Assembly: GCA_037442225.1 (NCBI GenBank)
Contig: JBBIQQ010000001.1
Location: 1-53,331, forward strand
Length of the DNA: 53,331 nucleotides
From: Nitrospirota bacterium
GTDB lineage: Bacteria > Nitrospirota > Thermodesulfovibrionia > Thermodesulfovibrionales > Dissulfurispiraceae
Direction: 5' to 3'
In this document: positions 1 through 9,007 of the stretch, piece after piece
How positions within the stretch are numbered: the stretch's first letter is position 1
How the letters are laid out: each line of letters begins with the position of its first letter
The notes under the pieces: model-generated
Databases searched by the model: none
The model's input: the letters and a program-made list of their open reading frames with translations, nothing else
Told to the model about the DNA's origin: nothing
Program-made: the position numbers and the translations under genes

Positions 1-2050
1 TGGCGATGCCTTGGGTAATCTCGTCGGCCGCCCGCTTCAGCTCGGTGAGGATCCAGCGATTGATGGTCAGCTTCGTGTCGTTGAGCCACAGCTCGTCGTT
101 GCGCTTGACGCCGTTCATCTCGGCAAAGCGCGTGGCGTTCCAAAGCTTGTTGATGAAATGACGGTATCCTTCAACCCGTTCTTCGGAAAAACGGACGTCA
201 CGCCCCTGAGCGGCGAACGCGGCAAGCGAAAACCTGAAAGCGTCCGCTCCGAACCTTTCTATCATGGACAACGGGTCGATGACATTGCCCTTGGATTTGC
301 TCATCTTCTGCCCTTTTGCGTCCCGAACAAGCGCATGGATATAGACGTCACGGAATGGCACATCGCCCATAAACTTTAAACCCATCATTATCATGCGGGC
401 GACCCAGAAAAAGATAATATCGAAACCAGTAACGAGAACGCTTGTCGGATAAAAAGTCTTTACATCCTGTGTCTCGGCAGGCCAGCCCATGGTCGAAAAA
501 GGCCAGAGCGAGGATGAAAACCAGGTGTCTAGCACATCGGGATCGCGCAGAATCTGACTGCTGCCGCATGCAGGACAGACCGTGAGATCGGTTCTGCTGC
601 ATAACGGCCTCACCTGCCGCGGAATGCGTATTATCTTCGAGCAGGCAACGATGTCTGTATGTGTCAATCCCTTCCGCCTCAGCTCAGTATAGGTTCCTCC
701 TGAGACAATTGAGCCATCTTTCAATCCAAGGGGCTCAAAGAAAATGTGCTCGATCAGGTCTCCCTGAATCTGCTCTTCTGATGTCGTGCAGTCAGGGCAG
801 TACCACACCGGAATCTGATGCCCCCACCAGATCTGACGGGAAACGCACCAATCCTTAATATCGCGCATCCAGCCGAAATAATTATTTTCCCATCCTTCTG
901 GAATAAGATTTATGCGTTTCTGCTCAACCGCGGCGATGGCTTCTTTCGCAAGCGGTTCAATTTTTACATACCACTGTATCGTGTCATATGGCTCGATAAC
1001 CGTCTTGCACCGATAGCAATGCCCCACTGAATGCTTGTGCTTTTTTTCAGCGTCGAGCAACCCAAGCTTTTTGAGATCGCCGACAACTTTCTTTCGGCAT
1101 GCCACGCGATCAAGGCCGGCATAATCAGTACCCGCCTCACTGTTCATATGTCCGTCCTCGGTCATCACATTCAGAAAAGGCAGGTGATGCCGGCGTGCGG
1201 TCGCTTCATCATTAAAATCATGTGATGGGGTAACTTTCACCGCGCCGGTTCCAAACTGCGGATCGACAGAATCATCGGCTATGACAGGGATCTGGCGGCT
1301 GGCAAGGGGCAGGCGAATCTTTTTGCCTACAAATCGGCGGTATCGGGCATCTTCAGGATTGACCGCGACAGCGGTGTCTCCCAGCATGGTTTCAGGACGC
1401 GTCGTTGCTACTGTCAGAGACCCCGGCCCGTCAGCCAGAGGATAGATAATATGATAAAGGCGACCGTCAACTTCCTCGTATTCGACTTCGAGATCCGAAA
1501 GGGCGGTGTGACAGCGCGGGCACCAGTTGATAAGGCGGCTGTCACGATACATAATCCCTTCTTCAAAAAGCCGCGCAAAAACTTCCCGGACAGCCTCTGA
1601 AAGACCGTTGTCAAGCGTAAATCGCTCGCGCGACCAGTCACACGAGGCGCCGAGCTTTTTTAACTGATGGATAATCCTGCCGCCGTATTCACCCTTCCAC
1701 TGCCAGACCCGGTTTATAAACTCGTCACGCCCAAGCCTGTTCCGATCTATTTTGTCTTTTGCCAGATCCCGCTCGACGACATTCTGCGTCGCTATGCCCG
1801 CATGGTCAGTTCCCGGCAACCACAAAACCTTATGGCCGAGCATGCGCTTCCATCGGCTCAAAACATCCTGCACCGTTGCATTCAGCGCATGCCCCATATG
1901 GAGCGAGCCAGTTACGTTGGGCGGAGGGATGACGATGCTGAACGGCTCTCCCTGGGCATCGCCGCGCGGCTGAAAAAGCCCTTCTCTTTCCCAGTATTCA
2001 TAGCACCGGTCTTCTATTTCTTCAGGATTGTACGACTTGCCGATTTTCAT
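1..2050 (-). CDS. valS: valyl-tRNA synthetase, first ~683 codons; the C-terminal part lies beyond the window start
   Basis: Not in the ORF track (no stop inside the window). Own translation from ATG 2050..2048 (AGGAG upstream): MKIGKSYNPEEIEDRCYEYWEREGLF... Contains the HIGH-type motif SLHMGHAL, TRPETMLGD, DVLDTWFSS and KMSKS (KMSKSKGN). The frame is open down to base 1. Confidence 0.95.
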   Translation of the reverse strand, partial: MKIGKSYNPEEIEDRCYEYWEREGLFQPRGDAQGEPFSIVIPPPNVTGSLHMGHALNATVQDVLSRWKRMLGHKVLWLPGTDHAGIATQNVVERDLAKDKIDRNRLGRDEFINRVWQWKGEYGGRIIHQLKKLGASCDWSRERFTLDNGLSEAVREVFARLFEEGIMYRDSRLINWCPRCHTALSDLEVEYEEVDGRLYHIIYPLADGPGSLTVATTRPETMLGDTAVAVNPEDARYRRFVGKKIRLPLASRQIPVIADDSVDPQFGTGAVKVTPSHDFNDEATARRHHLPFLNVMTEDGHMNSEAGTDYAGLDRVACRKKVVGDLKKLGLLDAEKKHKHSVGHCYRCKTVIEPYDTIQWYVKIEPLAKEAIAAVEQKRINLIPEGWENNYFGWMRDIKDWCVSRQIWWGHQIPVWYCPDCTTSEEQIQGDLIEHIFFEPLGLKDGSIVSGGTYTELRRKGLTHTDIVACSKIIRIPRQVRPLCSRTDLTVCPACGSSQILRDPDVLDTWFSSSLWPFSTMGWPAETQDVKTFYPTSVLVTGFDIIFFWVARMIMMGLKFMGDVPFRDVYIHALVRDAKGQKMSKSKGNVIDPLSMIERFGADAFRFSLAAFAAQGRDVRFSEERVEGYRHFINKLWNATRFAEMNGVKRNDELWLNDTKLTINRWILTELKRAADEITQGIA

Positions 2051-2071
2051 TCCCGCTCCTTACTGAAAGAA

Positions 2072-2119
2072 GGAATGCGCAAGAAAGCAGATTCTTTCTT
2101 GCGCATTCCCGGTTTTTTT
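2072..2119. terminator. Perfect 16-bp hairpin between the response-regulator gene and valS
   Basis: ggaatgcgcaagaaag / ctttcttgcgcattcc with 6-nt loop cagatt (2072..2109). T7 run at 2113..2119 on the + strand; TTCTTTC follows the hairpin on the - strand. Confidence 0.6.
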
Positions 2120-2135
2120 GGTCTTCGTGTCCAGC

Positions 2136-3269
2136 CTAGTCAGCGGAAACTGAACGGTTCAGTTCCCGGACCAGAATCGCTTCCGCGACATCCTTGATAG
2201 CTTTCCGGACAGTGGCCTCAAATTCCTTCTGAATTCGCGACCGCTCTGATTGTAGCAATTCGGCAAGCGCTTCATCAACTGCAGTGCGCACCAGCGTGCG
2301 AATTTCGTCCGGCATCAGCGGATTCTGCATCGCTGTCTGAAGTTCACCCCCAGCCGTTCTTTGTTCCACCTGCCGGGCAGAGAGCATCGCATCAGGGTGC
2401 AAAGAAACCTCAGAGGACGTCTCCAACTCAGCGCTGAGCAGTTCGGCAAAAGAAGCTCCGCCCGCAACAGGTGATGGTGAAGCCTGCCCGATCGTAGCGG
2501 CGGCGTCTTTAACAGATGCAGCGGTTTCCTGTATCAGGGTAGCTTCCCACTGGCGGGCAAGTTCGTCATCAACCCCCACTGACGTTGCGGATGCAGCCTG
2601 AGTATTATCAGTCGTCTCCTTATTTTCATCGTCATCTGCCATTGCAGCAACCCACTGATTTGCCAAATCCTCATCGGAAAGCGGTAGCTCACCTAAAGCA
2701 GCAGAGGTGACTGCAGACGCATTTTCATGCCGGGAAGTAAATTCGCTGCTCACCGTAGCCGGCACTGGCGATGGCTGTTCAGGTTCATCAAGAGACTCCG
2801 CCCACTGGCGGGCAAGCTCTGCGTCGAGGCTTGCCTCCTCGTCAGCGACTGTTTTCTTTACAGGTGTTTCTGGATGCGAAAACGGCACGGCTGCTACCGG
2901 CCTGTTTGCAAGAAGGGCCTTGGTTTTGCTGACCAGTTCCCTGGATTCAAAAGGTTTGATGATAATATCATCTGCTCCGGACAAGCGCGCTGAATCTTCG
3001 TCAAATGACTGAAATGCGCCTACCAGCAGAATCACCGGCATGGCGGCTGTCTCAGCATTGTCCTTGATGCTCCGACAGAGAAAAATACCGCTCATGAGAG
3101 GAAGGTCGACATCTGCAAGCACCAGGTCCGGCGGCTGAGTTGAAATTGCCTGCATGGCCGCTTCCCCGTCGCGATATGTTGTAACAGAACATCCTTCCGG
3201 CTCCAGCACCAACTCCACTACCTTCCGGATCGTCTCGCTGTCGTCTGCAAGCACTACCCTGCGCACCAT
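2136..3269 (-). CDS. Response regulator: REC domain (~120 aa) plus ~250-aa acidic repeat-containing C-terminal region with no recognisable output domain
   Basis: VVLADDSETIRK...DLVLADVDLPLMSG...IIIKPF receiver signature. The rest is low complexity with three D-[DE]-L-A-x-Q-W motifs. TAG stop. Confidence 0.85.
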   Translation of the reverse strand: MVRRVVLADDSETIRKVVELVLEPEGCSVTTYRDGEAAMQAISTQPPDLVLADVDLPLMSGIFLCRSIKDNAETAAMPVILLVGAFQSFDEDSARLSGADDIIIKPFESRELVSKTKALLANRPVAAVPFSHPETPVKKTVADEEASLDAELARQWAESLDEPEQPSPVPATVSSEFTSRHENASAVTSAALGELPLSDEDLANQWVAAMADDDENKETTDNTQAASATSVGVDDELARQWEATLIQETAASVKDAAATIGQASPSPVAGGASFAELLSAELETSSEVSLHPDAMLSARQVEQRTAGGELQTAMQNPLMPDEIRTLVRTAVDEALAELLQSERSRIQKEFEATVRKAIKDVAEAILVRELNRSVSAD

Positions 3270-3295
3270 AGATACCCCCCATATGCAGCCGTTCC

Positions 3296-3667
3296 TTATT
3301 TCGCATGCCTCGAGCGATATGACTCTATCGCCTTTCTCAGAGCATCGGCACCCAGATTTGAACAGTGCATCTTCTGCGGCGGGAGTCCTCCGAGCTCTGC
3401 GGCGACAGCCTCTTTGGAAATCGCGAGCGCCTCTTCAAGCGTCTTGCCCTTCACCATCTCTGTAATCATGCTGCTAACGGCGATGGCAGCGCCGCAGCCG
3501 AACGTACGGAACTTGGCATCAACAATAACATCGTTTTCGACCTTGATATAAAGCTCCATCGCGTCACCGCAGGTAGGGTTTCCTTCCATACCCACTCCGT
3601 CGGCATCTTTCATCTCGCCCACATTGCGCGGGTTCATAAAATGATCCATGACTTTTTCCGAATACAT
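3296..3667 (-). CDS. iscU: IscU/NifU N-terminal-type Fe-S scaffold (123 aa)
   Basis: MYSEKVMDHFMNPRNVG...GNPTCGDAMELY...FRTFGCGAAIA...KMHCSNLG gives the three scaffold Cys. Start moved to ATG 3667 (AGGAGG upstream); the 17-codon track extension overlaps the upstream gene. Confidence 0.9.
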   Translation of the reverse strand: MYSEKVMDHFMNPRNVGEMKDADGVGMEGNPTCGDAMELYIKVENDVIVDAKFRTFGCGAAIAVSSMITEMVKGKTLEEALAISKEAVAAELGGLPPQKMHCSNLGADALRKAIESYRSRHAK

Positions 3668-3669
3668 TT

Positions 3670-4875
3670 CTATCCTCCTATATAACGAGAATCGCCCTTG
3701 TTGGTGCCGTGGTCCCACCCTTTTTGCGCATAAGGAGACATCTCGCGAAGCTTGGCCACAATCTTCGGGAACTCGGCGAGCGCATAGTCTATATCTTCCT
3801 CAGTATTTCCACGACCGAGCGTGAATACGATAGATCCCTGCGCCAAAGCAGTCGGCACCCCCAGAGAGAGGAGAACCGGCGACGACTTCAGCGCTTTTGA
3901 CGAACATGCTGAACCGCTTGCAGTATAAATACCCTTCATGGCAAGCATCAGCAACATCGCTTCCCCCTCGATAAACTCTACTACAAAACTTGCATGATTG
4001 GGCAGGCGGTTTTCAGGATGTCCGGTAAGATATACATTCGGCATCCCGATGACGCCCTGTATCAGGCGATCGCGAAGCTTCCGAACATGCTCCATACGGC
4101 CGCTCATCTCCGCACGGGCAAGCTCTGCAGCTTTGCCCATACCAACAATACAGGCAACGTTTTCCGTTCCGGCGCGGCGCCCGCCTTCCTGAATGCCTCC
4201 GTATATGAGAGGCACTATCCTTGTTCCTTCTCTGATATACAATGCGCCAATGCCCTTTGGACCATAAAACTGATGGCCGGTCATACTTAACATATCCACG
4301 CCCAGGTCCTGCACATCGACGGGAATATTCCCGGTTGAAGCAATCGCATCGGTGTGAAACGCAATGCCCCGTTCTTTCACAAGAGCCGCAAGATTTTTAA
4401 TGGACTCCAGAGTGCCTATTTCACGGCTCGCATGAGTAATCGAAACCAGAATGGTGTCCTTGATGATTGCCTTTTTCAGCACATCCGGGTCGACCAGTCC
4501 GTGATTATCAACCGGGAGATAAGTAACGACGAAGCCCTGTTTCTCAAGCAAACGAGCTGAATTCAGCACAGAATGATGTTCCACCTTTGAGACGATGACG
4601 TGGTTGCCCTGCTGCTTCCTCGCAAGCGCTGCCCCGCGCACGGCGAAATTATTCGCCTCCACCCCGCTGGAGGTGAAAACAATCGCCCCCGGCTTCGCGT
4701 TCAGCAGAGCCGCCACCTGAACACGCGCCTTCTCTATGGCATCGCGGGCGCGTATGCCGAGATCATAAACACTCAGGGCATTGCCGAATTCATCCTTGAA
4801 ATACGGCATCATCGCCTCAAGCGCTTCAGGGTGAAGCGGGTTGGTAGCCGCGTGGTCAAAGTAACATTTTTTCAC
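3670..4875 (-). CDS. IscS/NifS-family (class V aminotransferase fold) protein with the PLP-binding lysine replaced by Gln
   Basis: Full-length similarity to IscS/NifS (GPKGIGALY, RAGTENV, catalytic-loop SGSACSS). The expected S-G-H-K motif reads TGHQ (Gln codon at 4270..4272). Confidence 0.85.
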   Translation of the reverse strand: MKKCYFDHAATNPLHPEALEAMMPYFKDEFGNALSVYDLGIRARDAIEKARVQVAALLNAKPGAIVFTSSGVEANNFAVRGAALARKQQGNHVIVSKVEHHSVLNSARLLEKQGFVVTYLPVDNHGLVDPDVLKKAIIKDTILVSITHASREIGTLESIKNLAALVKERGIAFHTDAIASTGNIPVDVQDLGVDMLSMTGHQFYGPKGIGALYIREGTRIVPLIYGGIQEGGRRAGTENVACIVGMGKAAELARAEMSGRMEHVRKLRDRLIQGVIGMPNVYLTGHPENRLPNHASFVVEFIEGEAMLLMLAMKGIYTASGSACSSKALKSSPVLLSLGVPTALAQGSIVFTLGRGNTEEDIDYALAEFPKIVAKLREMSPYAQKGWDHGTNKGDSRYIGG

Positions 4876-4916
4876 ACCGATTCCCTTTCAATGCGCATGC
4901 CGACGCTAACACTCAC

Positions 4917-5174
4917 TCAGTCTGCCAGCTTACGGATATAGAATTTATAATAGTCTTCCGATTCTTCAATCCCGATAAACTCATTGCCGGTGCGAGAGCA
5001 CCATGCAGGAATGTCTTCAATGGCTCCGTCATAGTCCGTCATGATTTCGAGCACCTGATCTTTCTCAAGCTCTCTGATAAGTTCATCCAGCTTCAGCAAA
5101 TGCATCGGGCACATCATGTAAACAATATCAGCGGTGACATCGGCTTTAATGCCTTCGACGAATTTCAGCGTCAT
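4917..5174 (-). CDS. TusA/SirA-like small sulfur-carrier protein (85 aa)
   Basis: Size and the CP-x-H/P motif (MMCPMHLLKL) near the N-terminus. Located between iscR and the iscS-like gene. Confidence 0.6.
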   Translation of the reverse strand: MTLKFVEGIKADVTADIVYMMCPMHLLKLDELIRELEKDQVLEIMTDYDGAIEDIPAWCSRTGNEFIGIEESEDYYKFYIRKLAD

Positions 5175-5641
5175 TGTGTGGCGTGGTCCTTTTTGGTTCT
5201 TTTCACTGCAGTTTTGACCTGCGGTACACCGCCGACATCACCGGCAAGAAGATTGCCGAGCGTAATAGAGCTGAGAAAACCTTCTATCTGATCCCCCAGA
5301 GCTTTCCAGAGGAGATGTGTCACGCAATGCTCGACACGCACGCACCCTTCGCGAGGGTCAATACATGAAGTGAGCGCCACAGGTCCTTCCAGCACTCCCA
5401 GAACTGCTGCAATTGGAATATCGCCGGGTTTCTTCGCCAGAAGATACCCTCCTCCCGGCCCCCTGATGCTCCGGATCAGCCCCGCCCTGCGCAGCTGGCC
5501 GAGAATCTGTTCAAGATAGGCAACGGATACATCCTGACGTTCGGCAATCTCCCTGATGGTCAACGGACGGTCAGGATAGCCGCGTGCTATCTCAAACATT
5601 GCACGAACACCGTACTGCCCTTTTGTCGAGAGGCGAAGCAT
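5171..5641 (-). CDS. iscR: Rrf2-family transcriptional regulator, IscR-like
   Basis: MLRLSTKGQYGVRAMFEIA... winged HTH. Cys cluster C-x6-C-x5-C (TSCIDPREGCVRVEHC). First gene of the isc-like cluster. Confidence 0.85.
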   Translation of the reverse strand: MLRLSTKGQYGVRAMFEIARGYPDRPLTIREIAERQDVSVAYLEQILGQLRRAGLIRSIRGPGGGYLLAKKPGDIPIAAVLGVLEGPVALTSCIDPREGCVRVEHCVTHLLWKALGDQIEGFLSSITLGNLLAGDVGGVPQVKTAVKRTKKDHATQ

Positions 5642-5646
5642 GTAGT

Positions 5647-5680
5647 ATGCTAAAAATAGCCTACTGTTTATGTCAAGTAT
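5647..5680 (-). promoter_or_regulatory. Candidate sigma70 promoter with overlapping IscR type-1-like operator; possibly a leaderless iscR mRNA
   Basis: Minus strand: ATACTTGACATAAACAGTAGGCTAT (5680..5656) matches 22/25 positions of the IscR type-1 consensus ATASYYGACTRWWWYAGTCRRSTAT as I recall it. TTGACA, 18 nt, TAGCAT; the -10 ends 5 nt before the ATG and there is no SD. Confidence 0.5.
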
Positions 5681-5725
5681 TCAGAGAGAAAAAAGTCTTA
5701 CGGTTTTCTGGAGCATGCCTTCCCG

Positions 5726-6352
5726 TTATTTGTTCTTTTCCTGAAACAGTTCTTCATCCTGCTTGCTTTTCATGCGCTTTACCAATTCTTTATAAGAACT
5801 CGTGCGAATTATCTTGCTGAACTGGGTTCGGTAATTATTCACAAGACTCACACCTTCAATGGAAACATCGTAGACTTCCCATTTGGCGCCTTTTGCCAGC
5901 ATGCGATACTCAATCGGAATTTCGACATTCCGCCTAGTGATTATTTTTGTTTTTACGACAGCATATGAGCCGTCAATTTTCTCATCGAGATAGACGATCT
6001 TCTCCTCATTGTATCCATCGATCTTCTTCATATAGGAACGCTCCAGAAGATCTGTGAACAGTGGAATAAACTCTTTCCTCTCCTGCGGAGTTCTCTGCTG
6101 CCAATAGACAGACAAAGAACGTTTCGCCATCTCTTCAAAATCAAAGCGTTCACTAATCACCTTGCTGATGGCGCGGCGGCGCTCAGCTGCCTTGCCGGGT
6201 TTCTTGAGGTTCTTGTCCTTCGTCAAATCAATTACTTTATCAATCGTCGACTTGGCCTGCGCCATAGCTTCGCCCGCATGAGCATTCATCACACTTGCCG
6301 ACGACAGCAACAGCGCCACGATACAAATAAGGCCAATAAAAAAACGGCCCAT
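5726..6352 (-). CDS. mlaC: MlaC/Ttg2D-family periplasmic lipid-binding protein
   Basis: Signal peptide, then KWEVYDVSIEGVSLVNNYRTQF, typical of the family. Start moved to ATG 6352 (GAGAGGGGGA upstream). Confidence 0.8.
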   Translation of the reverse strand: MGRFFIGLICIVALLLSSASVMNAHAGEAMAQAKSTIDKVIDLTKDKNLKKPGKAAERRRAISKVISERFDFEEMAKRSLSVYWQQRTPQERKEFIPLFTDLLERSYMKKIDGYNEEKIVYLDEKIDGSYAVVKTKIITRRNVEIPIEYRMLAKGAKWEVYDVSIEGVSLVNNYRTQFSKIIRTSSYKELVKRMKSKQDEELFQEKNK

Positions 6353-6365
6353 GCGTCCCCCTCTC

Positions 6366-7757
6366 TTACTTTCCCTGCTGATCAACGCCTGTCGTATACT
6401 GAATATTTGCAATCGCCATACGCTGATTGAACTTTGACTTCAGGTTGTTTGCTTTCGAGAGCGCATAGGCTGCGGCGGCATCTCCTACATCCTTGGCATC
6501 GCCAACGCCGACGTCGAAATTAGCAATCGCAGTTACGAGCCATTTTTTCGCACTCTGCACCGCGACTTCCGTATCCGCAATTGATTTTGTCGCCTCATGA
6601 TACTCAAGATACGCCTTTCTGACCTGGAGGGGGATGGCTTCATCCGCAAATCGCTTTTTCTCTACGAGCTTGTTGTACTCTGCCTCGGCTTCCCTGATGC
6701 GCCCCTTGATCATGCCGAAGTCAAACGACCAGCGCATGCCAAGAAATGCCGCTCCATAACTCGATGAGAGCACGTCATTGATATACGGATTCTTCACATG
6801 GTCCCGGTTTGTCGCTCCGGCTAAAACGCCCTTAATCCCCGCAAACAGCATCGGGTACTGACCGCTTTTTTCCGCCTCAATCAGAGACTGACGAGCCTTC
6901 AGCCCCTCTTTTAACTGCGCTACTTCTGGGCGGTATAACGATGCCGCAGTCATCAGTTCTTGCAGTTCTCCCGGTTTGCGAAACTCCATACCAAGAGAAG
7001 AATCCACAATATCAATGACCGTTCCCCTCGAAAGACCCATGCTGGTTGCAAGCGCGTCGCGCACATGCGCAATATTCTTATCCACTTCATTCAGATTGCG
7101 ATTGGCTTCGCCGAGAAATGTCCTCAGCTTGAACAGGTTCATCTCGTCAGCATAGGGTGAGCCTGTATCTATCTGTTTTTGAGCGTTCTTCACGGCATGC
7201 TCAAGATCGTCCTTGACCTCAAGAACAAGGTTTCTGAAGTCTTTTGCAAGCGCAAGACTATAATACAATTCTTTTGTTCTCAGGATAATATCAGAGGTCT
7301 TCTTGGCCGCGCCGCTCTCCGCCGCCTTGACGCCGCTCTCTGCTGCTTGTTTATACGAAGAAATCTTGCCAAATGTATAGATCGGTTGAATTATGGTAAT
7401 GTCGGCACGCCCAAACATACCATTAATCCTGGTGCTGATATCTGCTTGCACAACAGGAGAGACGTCTTCTCTTCTGGCTTCTGGAGACGGACCTGCGAGA
7501 GCGAGCGCCTCAATCTGAGGATACACCGCGCCGTCTGCCTGCTCCTTCTTCGCCCGGTAAACCGCGACGTCATAGCGCGCCTCAGCTATTTCGGGGCTCA
7601 CCGAAACAGCCTTGCTGACACATTCGTCAAGAGTGTAAACACTGCCGGCAGATTTTGCCGGTTCCTGCGCGTACACGCTTCCGCAAAGACACAACACTGC
7701 CAGTACAGCAAGACCACCAAATCCGGTTCGTCTCTTCGTGCTTCCTTGCGCTTTCAT
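6366..7757 (-). CDS. TolC/OEP-family outer-membrane channel protein
   Basis: 463 aa, signal peptide ...LCLCGSVYA, long helical-repeat composition typical of outer membrane efflux proteins. Family call from overall appearance only. Confidence 0.6.
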   Translation of the reverse strand: MKAQGSTKRRTGFGGLAVLAVLCLCGSVYAQEPAKSAGSVYTLDECVSKAVSVSPEIAEARYDVAVYRAKKEQADGAVYPQIEALALAGPSPEARREDVSPVVQADISTRINGMFGRADITIIQPIYTFGKISSYKQAAESGVKAAESGAAKKTSDIILRTKELYYSLALAKDFRNLVLEVKDDLEHAVKNAQKQIDTGSPYADEMNLFKLRTFLGEANRNLNEVDKNIAHVRDALATSMGLSRGTVIDIVDSSLGMEFRKPGELQELMTAASLYRPEVAQLKEGLKARQSLIEAEKSGQYPMLFAGIKGVLAGATNRDHVKNPYINDVLSSSYGAAFLGMRWSFDFGMIKGRIREAEAEYNKLVEKKRFADEAIPLQVRKAYLEYHEATKSIADTEVAVQSAKKWLVTAIANFDVGVGDAKDVGDAAAAYALSKANNLKSKFNQRMAIANIQYTTGVDQQGK

Positions 7758-7766
7758 TGTCTCCTC

Positions 7767-8213
7767 CTATTGCATAGAACCAAACGCGTATTTTGAGATA
7801 ATTTCTTCGATATCAATCGCCGACTCTGTTTCTCTGATTTTACCACCGTGTGCAAGCATATTATCAGAACCGCCCGGGCTCACCTGAATATATTTTTCAC
7901 CGATTAGCCCTTTTGTCCGCACAGACGCAATGACATCTTCCTGCAACTTAACGTCCCGCCTGATGACCATTTCGACCAGCGCCTGATACTGCTCATCCAG
8001 CCTGATACTGCGGACCTTGCCGATTTCAACCCCGGCGATCTCAATCACAGCGCCGGCCTTGATGCCGCCGGCTTTTGCGAAGGTCGCGGTCACGGTATAT
8101 CCCTGATCCCCAATAACCTCAAGCTTGCCGAGCTTGATTGAAAGATATCCGAGTGCCACAATTCCGATAATCAGGAAGAATCCGACAGCAAGTTCCAGGT
8201 CAAATTTTTTCAT
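7767..8213 (-). CDS. mlaD: MlaD (single MCE domain) protein
   Basis: MKKFDLELAVGFFLIIGIVALGYLSI TM anchor plus MCE domain. ATG 8213 with GAGGAGG upstream, overlapping the mlaF stop (ATGA). Confidence 0.85.
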   Translation of the reverse strand: MKKFDLELAVGFFLIIGIVALGYLSIKLGKLEVIGDQGYTVTATFAKAGGIKAGAVIEIAGVEIGKVRSIRLDEQYQALVEMVIRRDVKLQEDVIASVRTKGLIGEKYIQVSPGGSDNMLAHGGKIRETESAIDIEEIISKYAFGSMQ

Positions 8214-9007
8214 AGCTGCCTCCTCTGTTTGCGCAAACTGCATTTTCGGCTGTCTTTTTCACATAAAATGCCTTCCGGATCGTCCACATGGCCGCTTACA
8301 AATCCCCAGACCAGCGGGTCATTTGTCGAAAGCATCTCCTCGGGGGTTCCGACAGCCCGTATCTCTCCCTTGTGCAGAAAAGCTACGCGGTCGACAATGT
8401 CAAAAATTTCCGGGATGTCATGACTGATGATAATGCCGGCGAATCCATGTTTCCTTTGCGTGTCGCGTATCAGGGCATGCGTGGCATGCAGTAGTATCGG
8501 GTCAAGACCCGTCGTCGGCTCATCAAAAAACACCACCTTCGGCTCTGACACCAGCACCCGGGCAAGGGCAACGCGCTTGCGCATCCCTCCGCTCATCTCC
8601 GACGGATATTTATGCTCAATATTGCTCAAACCAACATCTTCGAGCGCCAGGATAACCCGCTTGTAGATTTCCGCCTTGCCGAGCTTTGTTCGCTCTTCCA
8701 GGGGAAACGCGACATTTTCAAAGGCATTCAGAGAATCAAACAAAGCTCCGCCCTGAAATAGCACGCCAACTTTTTTCCTGATTTCCTCAATCTCCCTGCC
8801 CCGCATACTAGAGACATCAATGCCATCAATAATAACGCTTCCGGAATCAGGCTTCAGAAGTCCGGCTATCGTCTTTAAGAGCACCGTCTTGCCGCCGCCG
8901 CTCCGTCCTATGATAGCCATCAACTCTCCATCCCGGATACTCAGGTTCACACCCTGAAGAACCGGCTGCGCACCAAAATTTTTTCTCACATCAGCGACTT
9001 CGATCAT
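8210..9007 (-). CDS. mlaF: MlaF ABC-transporter ATPase
   Basis: Walker A GRSGGGKT, signature SGGMRKR, Walker B VVFFDEPT. Confidence 0.9.
   Translation of the reverse strand: MIEVADVRKNFGAQPVLQGVNLSIRDGELMAIIGRSGGGKTVLLKTIAGLLKPDSGSVIIDGIDVSSMRGREIEEIRKKVGVLFQGGALFDSLNAFENVAFPLEERTKLGKAEIYKRVILALEDVGLSNIEHKYPSEMSGGMRKRVALARVLVSEPKVVFFDEPTTGLDPILLHATHALIRDTQRKHGFAGIIISHDIPEIFDIVDRVAFLHKGEIRAVGTPEEMLSTNDPLVWGFVSGHVDDPEGILCEKDSRKCSLRKQRRQL

Noticed and set aside
11-2197. Numerous short ORFs on both strands in the first 2 kb, including 1667..2197 (+).
   Set aside because: The region is fully explained by the partial valS gene on the minus strand, which the ORF track omits because it has no in-window stop.
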